A stretch of DNA of 64,000 bases from a virus. Its lineage: Duplodnaviria > Caudoviricetes. The stretch covers positions 1-64,000 of IMG/VR virus record IMGVR_UViG_3300033463_000073. One strand, 5' to 3'. Below, one piece after another: positions 8,146-17,547 of the stretch; within the stretch, counting starts at the first letter, position 1; every line of letters begins with the position of its first letter. The notes under the pieces are model-generated. The model was not told the DNA's origin, did not search any database, and saw only the letters and a list, made by a program, of their open reading frames with translations. The translations under genes were made by a program, and so were the position numbers.

Positions 8146-9277
8146 TCGGCACTTGAATCACCATAGGCATGAGGACAGATATATACTTGTCTCTCTTCTC
8201 GTCTTCCTTTGCGCATACTATCGCAGGCTTCATCGGCTCAGACATCTCAAATAAGACTTCATCGCCGTCTATGCTGCGAAGCGTCTCTGAAAGCACTTCC
8301 CCGTTAAAGCATATCGTTATCTCGTTTCCGTAGTAGTTCTTGCACATGACAGCTTCCTCGGAATTTCTTCCGAAGTTTACGTCTTCTGCGCTTACGTTGA
8401 TTGCGTCTGCAGAAATCGCGAGTACGACAAGACTGTTTGCGTTGTCAATGGAAAGCACGTGCTTCAACGCTTGGAGCATTCTTTCTTTCTCAACTTCAAC
8501 GTTAACAGTGTTGTTCTTGGGTATCGCCATGTCGCAGTCTGGGTATTTCCCTTCAAGTAGACGAGCTGTAATCTTAAAGTTCCTGTTGCTGACGGACACG
8601 ACCTTGTCGTTGAACTTCAGCTTGACATCCTCTTCAACACCGTCCAGCACGCTTGTAATGACAGAGGAAGCCTTCGGAGGAAGAGTAAACTGGTCGTACT
8701 GCGCTCCTTCGTTCAGGATTGCGTCTTCTACGAGCTTCACTACCCTTCTGTGGCTTGCGCCGTTCACAATCATCTTTCCGTTAGAAAATCCGAAATGCAC
8801 TCCGCTCATGATGGGTTGTACGACGCTGTTCTTTGTTGATGCGCTGGCAAGCTTTATGACGTTTCTTGCAAGGCCGCTGTCGACAATTACTTCGCTTGCA
8901 CTGCCAACGCTGAGATTAGGATTCGGGAAGTCGTCTGCAGACTCGTACGGCAGGTTTATCTTTCCGCTGACATAGTCCATCGTCATCACCTTCGTATCTT
9001 CATCGAGCGTAATCGTGATATTCTCATCACGAAGAGTAGACAGACAGTTGATTAAGTCTTTTGCCACTGTGCAGAAAGTTGTTTCCATGTCTGAAGTCAA
9101 GATGTCTGCACGTTCCGTGACCCAGTTCTCTCCGTCGCTTGCCGTCATGATGATACTTTCGTTTCGTACCATGATGCACACATCTGAAAGAATCGCGATG
9201 CTGTTCTTACTGTTGATTACCGATGCTACGTCAACGAGCTTCGGCAACACTTCGTTTACTTCAAAAGTGACTTTCAT
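8135..9277 (-). CDS. dnaN: DNA polymerase III beta sliding clamp
   Basis: About 380 aa from MKVTFEV; ILSDV, MTASDGE, LLEGKYPD, ICFNGEVL, VLMPM. Confidence 0.9.
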   Translation of the reverse strand: MKVTFEVNEVLPKLVDVASVINSKNSIAILSDVCIMVRNESIIMTASDGENWVTERADILTSDMETTFCTVAKDLINCLSTLRDENITITLDEDTKVMTMDYVSGKINLPYESADDFPNPNLSVGSASEVIVDSGLARNVIKLASASTKNSVVQPIMSGVHFGFSNGKMIVNGASHRRVVKLVEDAILNEGAQYDQFTLPPKASSVITSVLDGVEEDVKLKFNDKVVSVSNRNFKITARLLEGKYPDCDMAIPKNNTVNVEVEKERMLQALKHVLSIDNANSLVVLAISADAINVSAEDVNFGRNSEEAVMCKNYYGNEITICFNGEVLSETLRSIDGDEVLFEMSEPMKPAIVCAKEDEKRDKYISVLMPMVIQVPIVQ

Positions 9278-9302
9278 ATAAATTCTCTGTTTTCGTTGTT
9301 TG

Positions 9303-9590
9303 TTATTTCTTCTTCTTTCCACCTCTGGCTCGACGGTCTCCTGCTGTGTCAGACTTGCTTCCACGGTTTGCTGAAGAAGACTTGTACACGATGCCATGAG
9401 ACGTATGCGACGCGTCCTTTCCTTTGCGTGACGCTTTGCCATACTTCTCGTCGTGCTCACGGTTGTGCTGAGTCAGCTCAGAACGCTTCTTGCGCTGCTC
9501 AGGCTTCTTCTCGAACTCAGTATCGTACTGTTTCTTCTTCTCTCGCGCTTTTGGGTGCGTGCGATAGTATTCTGCTGATTTGCTTGCCAT
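9303..9590 (-). CDS. small basic protein, possibly degenerate HNH-like
   Basis: MASKSAEYYRTHP...DASHTSHG...ANRG; Lys/Arg-rich. Confidence 0.6.
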   Translation of the reverse strand: MASKSAEYYRTHPKAREKKKQYDTEFEKKPEQRKKRSELTQHNREHDEKYGKASRKGKDASHTSHGIVYKSSSANRGSKSDTAGDRRARGGKKKK

Positions 9591-9598
9591 AACTGTTA

Positions 9599-9799
9599 TT
9601 ATTTGTCTGATTCGTAATCGTATGCATTGTCCAAAATCTCCTTTGCGACAGCTCTGACGTATTGTTCGCATACTACGTCTGCTTCGTCAGTATATCTGGC
9701 CGCGTTCAGCTTGTCCCTCCATTTGTCAATTATGTTGTTCTCGGCTTGAAACACAGCGCGGACAATCCATGACCAATGCTCAATCGTCTCTTCACTCAT
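9599..9799 (-). CDS. hypothetical protein
   Basis: 66 aa, coupled. Confidence 0.65.
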   Translation of the reverse strand: MSEETIEHWSWIVRAVFQAENNIIDKWRDKLNAARYTDEADVVCEQYVRAVAKEILDNAYDYESDK

Positions 9800-9950
9800 C
9801 GCCTTCTGCTTTTATGAGGATGCCTCGCATAGAACCTCTCGAGAATGTCCTGCTCTCGACCTTGCCGCTCCGAACGTAGTTGTAGATGGTCTGCTTAGAC
9901 TTACCTACTCTCTTTGCGTACTCAGAAATTCCAATCCACTCTTCGTTCAT
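9792..9950 (-). CDS. small HTH (excisionase/MerR-like) DNA-binding protein
   Basis: 52 aa translated by hand: WIGISEYAKRVGKSKQTIYNYVRSGKV. Confidence 0.7.
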   Translation of the reverse strand: MNEEWIGISEYAKRVGKSKQTIYNYVRSGKVESRTFSRGSMRGILIKAEGDE

Positions 9951-10630
9951 TGCTGTGTCTGTTCGTTCAACTCTTGTTCTTTGATGGATTCAATGTTCTC
10001 GCGAGCCATTTCTTCGTCGGTCTTCTTCTCGAACAGAACGCGCTCCTCCATGTCTTCCAAGAACTTCGCCTTCTCGTCGTCGACTTTGCTCAGGAACTCT
10101 TTGTTCGTCATTCCGTCTGTCTTCTCGGATAGCAGAACGGAGTTGCGCGCGATGTTATGTATGTACGACTCGTACACCAAGAACTGTTCGACTTCTGACT
10201 CGCCGATAGAATATAGCGGCTGGAAGATATTGTAGAGCCACCAGTCTACAAATACGCAGATATTGTACTCCGTCCTGTCTTCTTTGGCCTTGAGAGATTC
10301 AAGCAGCTTAGAGAACGAGTATCCGTCTTCTGTCTTGCAGTCTTCTAGGTGTGCGTTTGCTATCTCGACAATTCGCTTCGTGTATAAATAAGGTCTTGAT
10401 ATGCCTTGAGCAGCGTTGAATGCGTTAAAAACGTGACGATGGAATCCAGTCTCTATGACACAGTAGTCGTTGTCTGATACGAGTCGCAAGCCTTTATCTG
10501 AAAAGAAAATCTCACTTGTGCTCTTTGTGCGGTCAAGATGTACGACGGCACGTGCGATGCGACGCTGCAGCTGAGCGTTAGTTGGTTTCTTCTGTTGTTC
10601 CATATAATTACTTCTTGTTTGTTTCTGCAT
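9947..10630 (-). CDS. hypothetical protein
   Basis: 227 aa; true start may be MEQQKK. Confidence 0.75.
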   Translation of the reverse strand: MQKQTRSNYMEQQKKPTNAQLQRRIARAVVHLDRTKSTSEIFFSDKGLRLVSDNDYCVIETGFHRHVFNAFNAAQGISRPYLYTKRIVEIANAHLEDCKTEDGYSFSKLLESLKAKEDRTEYNICVFVDWWLYNIFQPLYSIGESEVEQFLVYESYIHNIARNSVLLSEKTDGMTNKEFLSKVDDEKAKFLEDMEERVLFEKKTDEEMARENIESIKEQELNEQTQQ

Positions 10631-11135
10631 AGATTACCGACAGACGCATTACGAGACCTTCGTGAGTCTTCGGCACGCGTCCCTTAATCTTGTTCGTCTT
10701 ATTGTACGCTGCTATATATGCCCGAGCTTCCTCGTCTGACGTTATATGAGGAAACCAGTATTCGTTCTCTGGTTCTTTAGTCTCTTCTTCAACGCCTTCG
10801 TCCTCAATCTCTTTAGCTTCTTTTGCGAGCTCTTCTGCGCGTTTCTTGGACTCATCGTCAAGGTCTGCATCCTTAATGTCATCTACATCCATGTACTGAG
10901 GAACGACATACACTCGCAGTATCTGAGTGAACGGCTCTTGCGAGAACACTTTCACGATTCTCGGCTTGTCGTCATTCTCAGCGTCGAACGATGCCACAGC
11001 GTATGCCTCGTACCCTGTATGTAGTGATACTACAGCTACACCTCTACTAAAAGAATCTCTGCCATTATGCACTTTTTTAGGGATGCTTGGCAAACGAAGG
11101 TATGCGCATACTTCTTTTTCAAATAAAACTTCCAT
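10608..11135 (-). CDS. hypothetical protein
   Basis: 175 aa, first gene after the promoter at 11164. Confidence 0.75.
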   Translation of the reverse strand: MEVLFEKEVCAYLRLPSIPKKVHNGRDSFSRGVAVVSLHTGYEAYAVASFDAENDDKPRIVKVFSQEPFTQILRVYVVPQYMDVDDIKDADLDDESKKRAEELAKEAKEIEDEGVEEETKEPENEYWFPHITSDEEARAYIAAYNKTNKIKGRVPKTHEGLVMRLSVIYAETNKK

Positions 11136-11163
11136 TTGTTACTTATTTTAAATTTATTAAGTG

Positions 11164-11171
11164 CAAAATTA
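11164..11171 (-). promoter_or_regulatory. -7 element (TAATTTTG)
   Basis: TAnnTTTG with TTTG at about -33. Confidence 0.7.
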
Positions 11172-11214
11172 CAGATAAGTTTGAAATATTCCAAATTTAA
11201 AAGCATAAACTTTG

Positions 11215-11442
11215 TTAAATGCACGTCTTCTTCGCTTCTTCGATAATCTTCAGTCCTTCTTCTGTCGGCTTACCTTTCTTGTCGCACGGCACAAACACTT
11301 TCGTTCTCAGAGAAAGCTTTATCCATTTCCATCCCTCTTTCAGTCGTTTCTTCTCGCGTTTCCGAAGCTTCTCCACTTCTTTCATCGCTGCGTCTGTCAC
11401 GCGCTCTGTGTTGGATACCCAGTTGTTTATCGTAGATGCCAT
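11215..11442 (-). CDS. hypothetical basic protein
   Basis: 75 aa. Confidence 0.65.
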   Translation of the reverse strand: MASTINNWVSNTERVTDAAMKEVEKLRKREKKRLKEGWKWIKLSLRTKVFVPCDKKGKPTEEGLKIIEEAKKTCI

Positions 11443-11446
11443 GATT

Positions 11447-11661
11447 TTATTTCTTTTCTTTTGTCAGTTTACCTATCGTATTGTTCGCCATGTACGCCTT
11501 GAACGGTATGACGTCAAGCCGCTTCTCTGTGTACTCGCGTATGATGCTTGCCGCCCGCACGGACTCGCCGTTTTGCGTAATCCAAATACGGCGTGCAAGG
11601 TTACTACCTCGTTTTCCTTTGCCCGTATCTCGGGCGCAATCATTTTGATATTCGTTTCCAT
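11447..11661 (-). pseudogene. small gene split by a -1 frame change (programmed or mutational)
   Basis: Frame 0 METNIKMIAPEIRAKEN; -1 frame SNLARRIWITQNGESVRAASIIREYTEKRLDVIPF has no ATG and stops 4 nt before the next ATG. Confidence 0.4.
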
Positions 11662-11666
11662 AATAA

Positions 11667-13742
11667 TTATATTTTGGTGATTTCTATTACATACGTTCCA
11701 CCCGACTTCTTTATACACCTGTCGCATCGTGTATCGCCAATGTCGAGTACAGCATTAAAACCAACGTCCAAATTCTGCCAATGGCGGTAGTCATAGAAAC
11801 GTACCTCTGTGATTTCAGCACCGTCGAAAGAGTCGTCCATGTATTCCTCACCATTCATCTTGCAATGCACGTCGGAGGAAGAGAAGTCGGTCTCTCCAAC
11901 ACCAAAGGTGTATAGCGCACCTGCACCTTCCCAAGCATCGGGCAGATAAGTGTTCACGCCGATATGGTTCTCGACATACAAGCGAATCTCTCCAGTGGAT
12001 TGAATTGGTGCGCCAGTAAGGTTCTTTACTATAATGTTTGCTTTCCAATCGCCTTGTGGTACAGGTGTAGGCGTAGGATTATGCACAAAGTCGCGCACGG
12101 CATTCAGACCGTCTTGCAATCCTCTCATGGCATTGATAATGGGTAGGCACATTGAGCCAAACATTCTGCCATAGATGACATCAGACATCCAGTGATAGCG
12201 GCCTATGCTACGGTTTATGCTGTATTCAAATGCCTTTCGTACCCATGTTTGAGGCCGCTTGGTGCTGTCTTCGTCCATCTGTGTCAACATAAGTGCCAGC
12301 ATCCATATTTGTGCAGAATGGCCGCTGACGTATGAGCGCGGCGAGTCGGCAGCGAATCCGTCCTCTTTTTCATATTTTGCCTTTGCTTCTGCGTTATCTG
12401 CCACCATGACGGTAATATCAACGTTATAGAGTTCATTTTCTGGAGAACCGTGTACGGGGTTCTTTTCCGTGGTCTCGCGGGTAACGCCGCAGCCTGGCCT
12501 TGAACGGCCATAGTTGGGGTCTTGCGTCGGAAATCGGAAATTGTCGGCAATCTCTGTCACGCGCTGCAACAGCAATTCCGTTGCACTCTTTTGCGATTGG
12601 TTGTATCGGTAGATTCCAGCAAGGTCGGAAAAAGCACCGTCGATGACTAAGCCAGTGTCTTCTGTTGTCTTCACAAAAGTAAAATAGTCGGCATAGTTCT
12701 TTCCGTCATAGGTCTTATTGACCTTTCCGTTGAACTTGACCTTCATAGGTGCTCCGAACATGTACATGAACGTGCAGGGCGGCGTGGCCATAACATTGAC
12801 GAGCCTGTTCTGCTTTTCACGCGGATAGGAATCCCATTCTTCGACTTTTGTCTGTGACATCATGTTCCATTCATTTACCATGTGTAGATTGATTTCCTCA
12901 TCCTTTATGTAGTTTGCCGTAAGGCAGTCAAACAGTGAAACATCCTGTCCGCTTTCCCAAGGGAACGGAAGCTCGCATACCGTAGTTCCTTGTACTCTCG
13001 GGCCTGATGCAGACGGAAGAAATAGCGACGTATTGACACAGTATCCGATGCTCTTTGTCCTGTATCCCCTTCTTCCCTGCTCGTCGGACAGCATTTCATT
13101 GGAATAGCCAAGTTCATCCCATGTAGTTGCATTGATGGGTTTGCCTCCGAGTTCGTCGCGGTACGTCCCTATGCTTGATGCTATATTCTTGTCTCCACGG
13201 CAGATGGCATAGATGACTGATGCAGCCTCACGCATGGCATAGGGGTCTGCCTTCAATGTCTTTCCGCTGTACAGTGGGGAAATCGCGCCGCCGCCGATGC
13301 TATATGCCGCCGCAAACAATTTTGTCTGCGTATTGGTTTCTTTTCCGCTGTCAGGCACGAGTTCCGATAGTATCGAAGCCATGAGCCACGACTGCATGGC
13401 GTTGTAGGCATTGTCGCTGTCACTTGTGTCCGTACCGCGATAGTCGCAGACAAGAGGGTAGGTCTCTTTGCGGAACATCCATTCATCGGAATTATAAAGG
13501 CTGTCAGCGTAGTTCCATGCCCACAAAAGATAGTCATATATTGCCATAGACGAACTTACTTCATTATAATGGCAGTCTTTAAGTACGTTATTGAACATAT
13601 AAAGCATGTCGAAGAAATTTATTCTGCTCGACGTTGCTTCATCGCTCGGTGTTGTCGCATCTTCGCTTTCCTTTTTTACCGCGAAGTCGATGTTGACATT
13701 AATGTCTTTTCCGCAGTGCGGACATTTGATTTTTTCTTTCAT
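11667..13742 (-). CDS. PAP2-superfamily (class A acid phosphatase/haloperoxidase-like) protein
   Basis: GRSRP, SYVSGHS and NRSIGRYHWMSDV match the three PAP2 motifs; N-terminal CPHC. Confidence 0.8.
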   Translation of the reverse strand: MKEKIKCPHCGKDINVNIDFAVKKESEDATTPSDEATSSRINFFDMLYMFNNVLKDCHYNEVSSSMAIYDYLLWAWNYADSLYNSDEWMFRKETYPLVCDYRGTDTSDSDNAYNAMQSWLMASILSELVPDSGKETNTQTKLFAAAYSIGGGAISPLYSGKTLKADPYAMREAASVIYAICRGDKNIASSIGTYRDELGGKPINATTWDELGYSNEMLSDEQGRRGYRTKSIGYCVNTSLFLPSASGPRVQGTTVCELPFPWESGQDVSLFDCLTANYIKDEEINLHMVNEWNMMSQTKVEEWDSYPREKQNRLVNVMATPPCTFMYMFGAPMKVKFNGKVNKTYDGKNYADYFTFVKTTEDTGLVIDGAFSDLAGIYRYNQSQKSATELLLQRVTEIADNFRFPTQDPNYGRSRPGCGVTRETTEKNPVHGSPENELYNVDITVMVADNAEAKAKYEKEDGFAADSPRSYVSGHSAQIWMLALMLTQMDEDSTKRPQTWVRKAFEYSINRSIGRYHWMSDVIYGRMFGSMCLPIINAMRGLQDGLNAVRDFVHNPTPTPVPQGDWKANIIVKNLTGAPIQSTGEIRLYVENHIGVNTYLPDAWEGAGALYTFGVGETDFSSSDVHCKMNGEEYMDDSFDGAEITEVRFYDYRHWQNLDVGFNAVLDIGDTRCDRCIKKSGGTYVIEITKI

Positions 13743-13765
13743 AAACTTAAAATTTTAATAATAAA

Positions 13766-13855
13766 TTAATAATAATTTTTGCGCCAATACAAGCCATAGA
13801 TTACCAACAAGGCAAGGATGGAAATACAAACGTAGTCAAACCTATCGAAAGTCAT
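13766..13855 (-). CDS. small membrane peptide
   Basis: 29 aa MTFDRFDYVCISILALLVIYGLYWRKNYY. Confidence 0.5.
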   Translation of the reverse strand: MTFDRFDYVCISILALLVIYGLYWRKNYY

Positions 13856-13959
13856 ACGTCCTCCTTTCCTTTGTTGCCTCCTGCAAGCGAAAGCATGACA
13901 GCCGCTGTGGCCATACCAGCAATAAATCCGATTACAAATCCAATAATAAAGTACATCAT
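13852..13959 (-). CDS. small membrane peptide
   Basis: 35 aa MMYFIIGFVIGFIAGMATAAVMLSLAGG...; ATGA overlap with the next ORF. Confidence 0.55.
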   Translation of the reverse strand: MMYFIIGFVIGFIAGMATAAVMLSLAGGNKGKEDV

Positions 13960-13980
13960 AATCTATCCTTTCTTTTTATG

Positions 13981-14133
13981 TTATATGTTTAATATTTGCA
14001 TTAACACCTTTTTCTTTGCCTTGTCGAGACATTTGCGGCAATACGGATGGCTTGGAATGTCGGGGTCGATGACAGGCCAAAAGGCAATTGCTTTCTTGCC
14101 GCAGACGATGCATTTACAATCTGATGCTTTCAT
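13981..14133 (-). CDS. small zinc-finger protein
   Basis: 50 aa, CIVC...YCRKC. Confidence 0.6.
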   Translation of the reverse strand: MKASDCKCIVCGKKAIAFWPVIDPDIPSHPYCRKCLDKAKKKVLMQILNI

Positions 14134-14135
14134 AC

Positions 14136-14342
14136 TTAATCATCCTTTACGTTATCGTCAATATAACATCTGAGAAAAGACAATTCTTGATGGGCGCATA
14201 TAACCATCCTACTCGCTTCAACATTTGCTTCATTGAGTGCTTCAATGTCTCTGTTTTGCGCTGCCTTGCAGATTTCCCAAATACACCTGTCTAAATCTAC
14301 ACAAAGTCCGTCAATATCATGTAATACCTCCAGCTTAGTCAT
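14136..14342 (-). CDS. hypothetical protein
   Basis: 68 aa, coupled. Confidence 0.6.
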   Translation of the reverse strand: MTKLEVLHDIDGLCVDLDRCIWEICKAAQNRDIEALNEANVEASRMVICAHQELSFLRCYIDDNVKDD

Positions 14343-14749
14343 ACCTCTTCTCCTTTCTGTGCTTTAACATTAAGTGTTTCTATCCAATAAATAATATTGT
14401 CGTATTCCCAATCATAATTATCATCTGTACAATCCAAGTGTATATTAATGCTACCATCATAACTCTCGTCTAGAATACCTGTGAATCTTTGTATACTTCC
14501 ATCAATCATCAAACACAGATATGTATGTAAACTCCAATCGTTTATAGAATCATCAATATCTTCTTCTGATTGTTTATGCCAAAAGTCCACCTCTTTCACT
14601 TCGAGGGTGTCGATGAAAGACTCTAAATTAGAAAGTGCATGGTACTCCCCCTCTGCTGCTTCTGAATAGAAATTCATGTGTTCATCCATTGTGCAGAGTT
14701 TCAGCCTTTCTATCTCCGCTACAAGAGCGTCTTTATCAATTAGTTTCAT
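14339..14749 (-). CDS. hypothetical acidic protein (MKLIDKDALVAEIE family)
   Basis: 136 aa in the AT-rich island. Confidence 0.7.
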   Translation of the reverse strand: MKLIDKDALVAEIERLKLCTMDEHMNFYSEAAEGEYHALSNLESFIDTLEVKEVDFWHKQSEEDIDDSINDWSLHTYLCLMIDGSIQRFTGILDESYDGSINIHLDCTDDNYDWEYDNIIYWIETLNVKAQKGEEV

Positions 14750-14752
14750 AAC

Positions 14753-14995
14753 TTAAATTTCTTCTGTTGTAGTTTTATAACAATCGTTGATAGTCACTTC
14801 GAGATTGCGGTACTTCAATCCGTCCATTGACTCGATAGCCTTTTCCGTTGCCACTTTCTTGATGTCCTTCTTCTGACAATAGAAACGCTCGGCTTCAAAG
14901 TCATGGTCGGCTATCCATTCGCCACTCTCTTCTTCGAGCCATTCGTAAGTCCACGAATAACTCACCCACCATGCGTAATCACGTCCTACTTTCAT
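14753..14995 (-). CDS. hypothetical acidic protein
   Basis: 80 aa. Confidence 0.65.
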   Translation of the reverse strand: MKVGRDYAWWVSYSWTYEWLEEESGEWIADHDFEAERFYCQKKDIKKVATEKAIESMDGLKYRNLEVTINDCYKTTTEEI

Positions 14996-14998
14996 ACT

Positions 14999-15253
14999 TT
15001 ATTCTTCTTTCATATAGTTTTTAAACCATTCAGTTAACTCGCTAAGAGGTGGCTCACAAGAATCTGAGTAGCGCATAATGTAATGGTGATTGTTGATTTC
15101 CTCAATCCATTTTACGGCCTTCTCGATAAAGGCATCAGTGCGGGTGTACTCTATGTCCTCGTTGGTTAATGGAAATGTCAACCAACTTGCACCCACATTA
15201 CCTTTTGCTGTTGGGTGTAAGTACAATTTCTTTGGTGCTTCGTTTGCTTTCAT
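14999..15253 (-). CDS. hypothetical protein (MKANEAP family)
   Basis: 84 aa. Confidence 0.7.
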   Translation of the reverse strand: MKANEAPKKLYLHPTAKGNVGASWLTFPLTNEDIEYTRTDAFIEKAVKWIEEINNHHYIMRYSDSCEPPLSELTEWFKNYMKEE

Positions 15254-15257
15254 AACT

Positions 15258-15440
15258 TTACGCTTTATTATATACTTTTTGTAGAAATAGTTTCACACAT
15301 TCTTTGTTGAGGTTTTGACAATTTTTCTCACAGTAGTCACCAACATATTCTTCACACATCTGCTCACATATATAGTCATTCTGCTCCTGTGTCTCTACAA
15401 TGAAGTCAAGTGCCTTGTCTAACAATTCGTTTGCTTTCAT
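15258..15440 (-). CDS. hypothetical Cys-rich protein
   Basis: 60 aa; shares the ATGAAAGCAAACGAA start with the next gene. Confidence 0.6.
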   Translation of the reverse strand: MKANELLDKALDFIVETQEQNDYICEQMCEEYVGDYCEKNCQNLNKECVKLFLQKVYNKA

Positions 15441-15597
15441 AATTTTATTCTCCTTTATTATTCTTACTTATAATCTGGTGGCTCTTATCAATTATAATAG
15501 TGCCAAATCTAAAAATCCACAAAGTTATAGTTAAACCAAGCCAATGCCAAAAATCATTAAAGAAAAACTCACATACAAATTTTACAGTTTCCATACC

Positions 15598-17547
15598 TTA
15601 CTCCTCCCTTAGTTTCTTTAAATCTTGATACATCAATTCCAGTGTTTTAAGGCTATTCCAACCTAATTTGTCAGAAAGCGGAGGATTTAGATTTCTATAA
15701 ACGTATTGCAGTGCGTCCATCTGCTCATCACTCGGCTTCCAATGAGGCTGTTGACGAAGGGACTTGAGCCAATCAACTTGCCTATAGTTTTCATTATCAC
15801 AGCAAAAAACTTGAGTATAAAACACTTCTAATATACTATTTAGCATAGAGTCATCTTTCTCGCTCCACTTAGGCTTTTGTTGAGGATGCAGAGATTTGAG
15901 CCAGTCAATACATTCTTCATCTACTTCTGAACCAACAGTTTCTGGATTATCTTCTATTTGTTTTCTTAGAACAAAAAGAATGTTTGCTATATATTCTTTT
16001 TCTTTTTTGCTCCACTCTTGCTTTGGTTGTGGGCGGAGAGATTTAAGCCATTTAACATATTCATCACGATTGTTACCAATTCTGTCATTTGCCAATGCGT
16101 AAATCAAATTATTCAACACTGTTTCGTCCTCTTCACTCCACTCTTGTTTTGGTTGAGGACGGAGAGATTTAAGCCAGTTAGAGTATCTTCTACAGTCTGA
16201 CGGATTGAAGCATATTGCATTTCCGTTCTCACATGCATCAAGATTTCTTGTTAGAACATGAATAATCTCTTCATCCTCTTCACTCCACTCTTGTTTGGGT
16301 TGTGGCTGCACTCTTTCTTTGAGGGATTTGAGCCATTCAGTCGTATCACAACGAATATTCGTGCTTTTGCCATTGCTGATAGAATAACTTATGTGCCATA
16401 ATGCTGTTTTAAAGAACTTCTCATCCTCTTCACTCCAAGAGGGTTTCTGCTCAATCTTCTTCAACTCTTTCTTTTCAGCATCCCATTCATATCCCGCTAC
16501 CTTCATCTTTCTTAATAAAAGGTCACGCTGTTCTTGGGTGGCAGGTTTTATGTTATGTATATGATGAAAATAACCTTCTTTGAAACGTGGATTATCGCTC
16601 ATAGAAAGAAAACAATAAGAACTATAATCTGATTTTTGTGCAAGACCAAAATCAACTTTTTCAAACTTCTTCAGAATGAAAATTAGAGGGTTTTTATAAT
16701 CATCGCAAAGGTCGATAAGCACATCACCTTCCTTTGCATCTTGGATAGTCCAACGATGATAAAAATTAGCATCTTGCGAGCTTATATATCCACCACTTGT
16801 AAGGTCATATCCGTATTTATTGTTGGTGACATTTAGAATACATTTTTTTATTTGATAGCACGTATTATCTAACTCACGAACAATCCACTCGCCTTCATGG
16901 AACTTTGGCTCAACCTTATCTACAGGCTTCTGCTCTTTCTGACTTTTAATCAAGTCATTCAAGAACGCATAAAGCGCATCATCTATGGTGTTACCGAATC
17001 CGCATATACCATCTTGGATATTATCACCAAGTAATATACACCATTGGTCTCCGTCCTTGTAAGGTTTCAGACCAGCTTTTATTAAAACCTCTTCTGCTGT
17101 ACACTTCTGCTCACCTTGCTTTTCAAGCCAAGCAATCCAAGGTTCTACATCAACAGCTTTAACATTTAAATTATCATAAAAGCCTTTAAAGAAATCTATC
17201 ATTTCTTTTCTTATCCTCTCGTCCTCATCATCTGTAAAAGAGTCGGCATTTTCTTTACACGTTTCTTGGATATGTAAAGTTTCTTTCTGCTTTTCTAGAT
17301 AAGCAAGCCATTTATCTTCTTTCTCCTTTGGAATTGGAGTACCACCGCCTCTATGTATTGCTTGCTCAATAAAAGCGATGAGCTCATTTCGTGTCCTCTC
17401 GTCCTCGCTCTCTTTGAGTTCGGGAAAGACAGCTTCAAAACTATCTTTTCCAATTAACCCAACATTTATACTATTAACTATGTTTCTTGCTTTTGCGAGA
17501 GCCTTGTCATAGCGTTTTGCTTTTTCTTCTACACTAAGTTCTTTCAT
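15598..17547 (-). CDS. modular repeat protein of unknown function
   Basis: 649 aa; two EDER(T/I)R...W(L/I)A(Y/W)LEKQ modules and five WS(E/K)xxx...WLKSL units. Confidence 0.85.
   Translation of the reverse strand: MKELSVEEKAKRYDKALAKARNIVNSINVGLIGKDSFEAVFPELKESEDERTRNELIAFIEQAIHRGGGTPIPKEKEDKWLAYLEKQKETLHIQETCKENADSFTDDEDERIRKEMIDFFKGFYDNLNVKAVDVEPWIAWLEKQGEQKCTAEEVLIKAGLKPYKDGDQWCILLGDNIQDGICGFGNTIDDALYAFLNDLIKSQKEQKPVDKVEPKFHEGEWIVRELDNTCYQIKKCILNVTNNKYGYDLTSGGYISSQDANFYHRWTIQDAKEGDVLIDLCDDYKNPLIFILKKFEKVDFGLAQKSDYSSYCFLSMSDNPRFKEGYFHHIHNIKPATQEQRDLLLRKMKVAGYEWDAEKKELKKIEQKPSWSEEDEKFFKTALWHISYSISNGKSTNIRCDTTEWLKSLKERVQPQPKQEWSEEDEEIIHVLTRNLDACENGNAICFNPSDCRRYSNWLKSLRPQPKQEWSEEDETVLNNLIYALANDRIGNNRDEYVKWLKSLRPQPKQEWSKKEKEYIANILFVLRKQIEDNPETVGSEVDEECIDWLKSLHPQQKPKWSEKDDSMLNSILEVFYTQVFCCDNENYRQVDWLKSLRQQPHWKPSDEQMDALQYVYRNLNPPLSDKLGWNSLKTLELMYQDLKKLREE
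15740..16440 (-). repeat. in-frame array of five constant-linker/variable-insert units
   Basis: WLKSL(R/H/K)x(2-4)QPKQEWSEEDE-type linkers separated by unrelated 24-31 aa inserts. Confidence 0.85.

Noticed and set aside
15740-16440. CRISPR array
   Set aside because: Repeats are imperfect, in frame within a long ORF and conserved at the protein level; no cas genes
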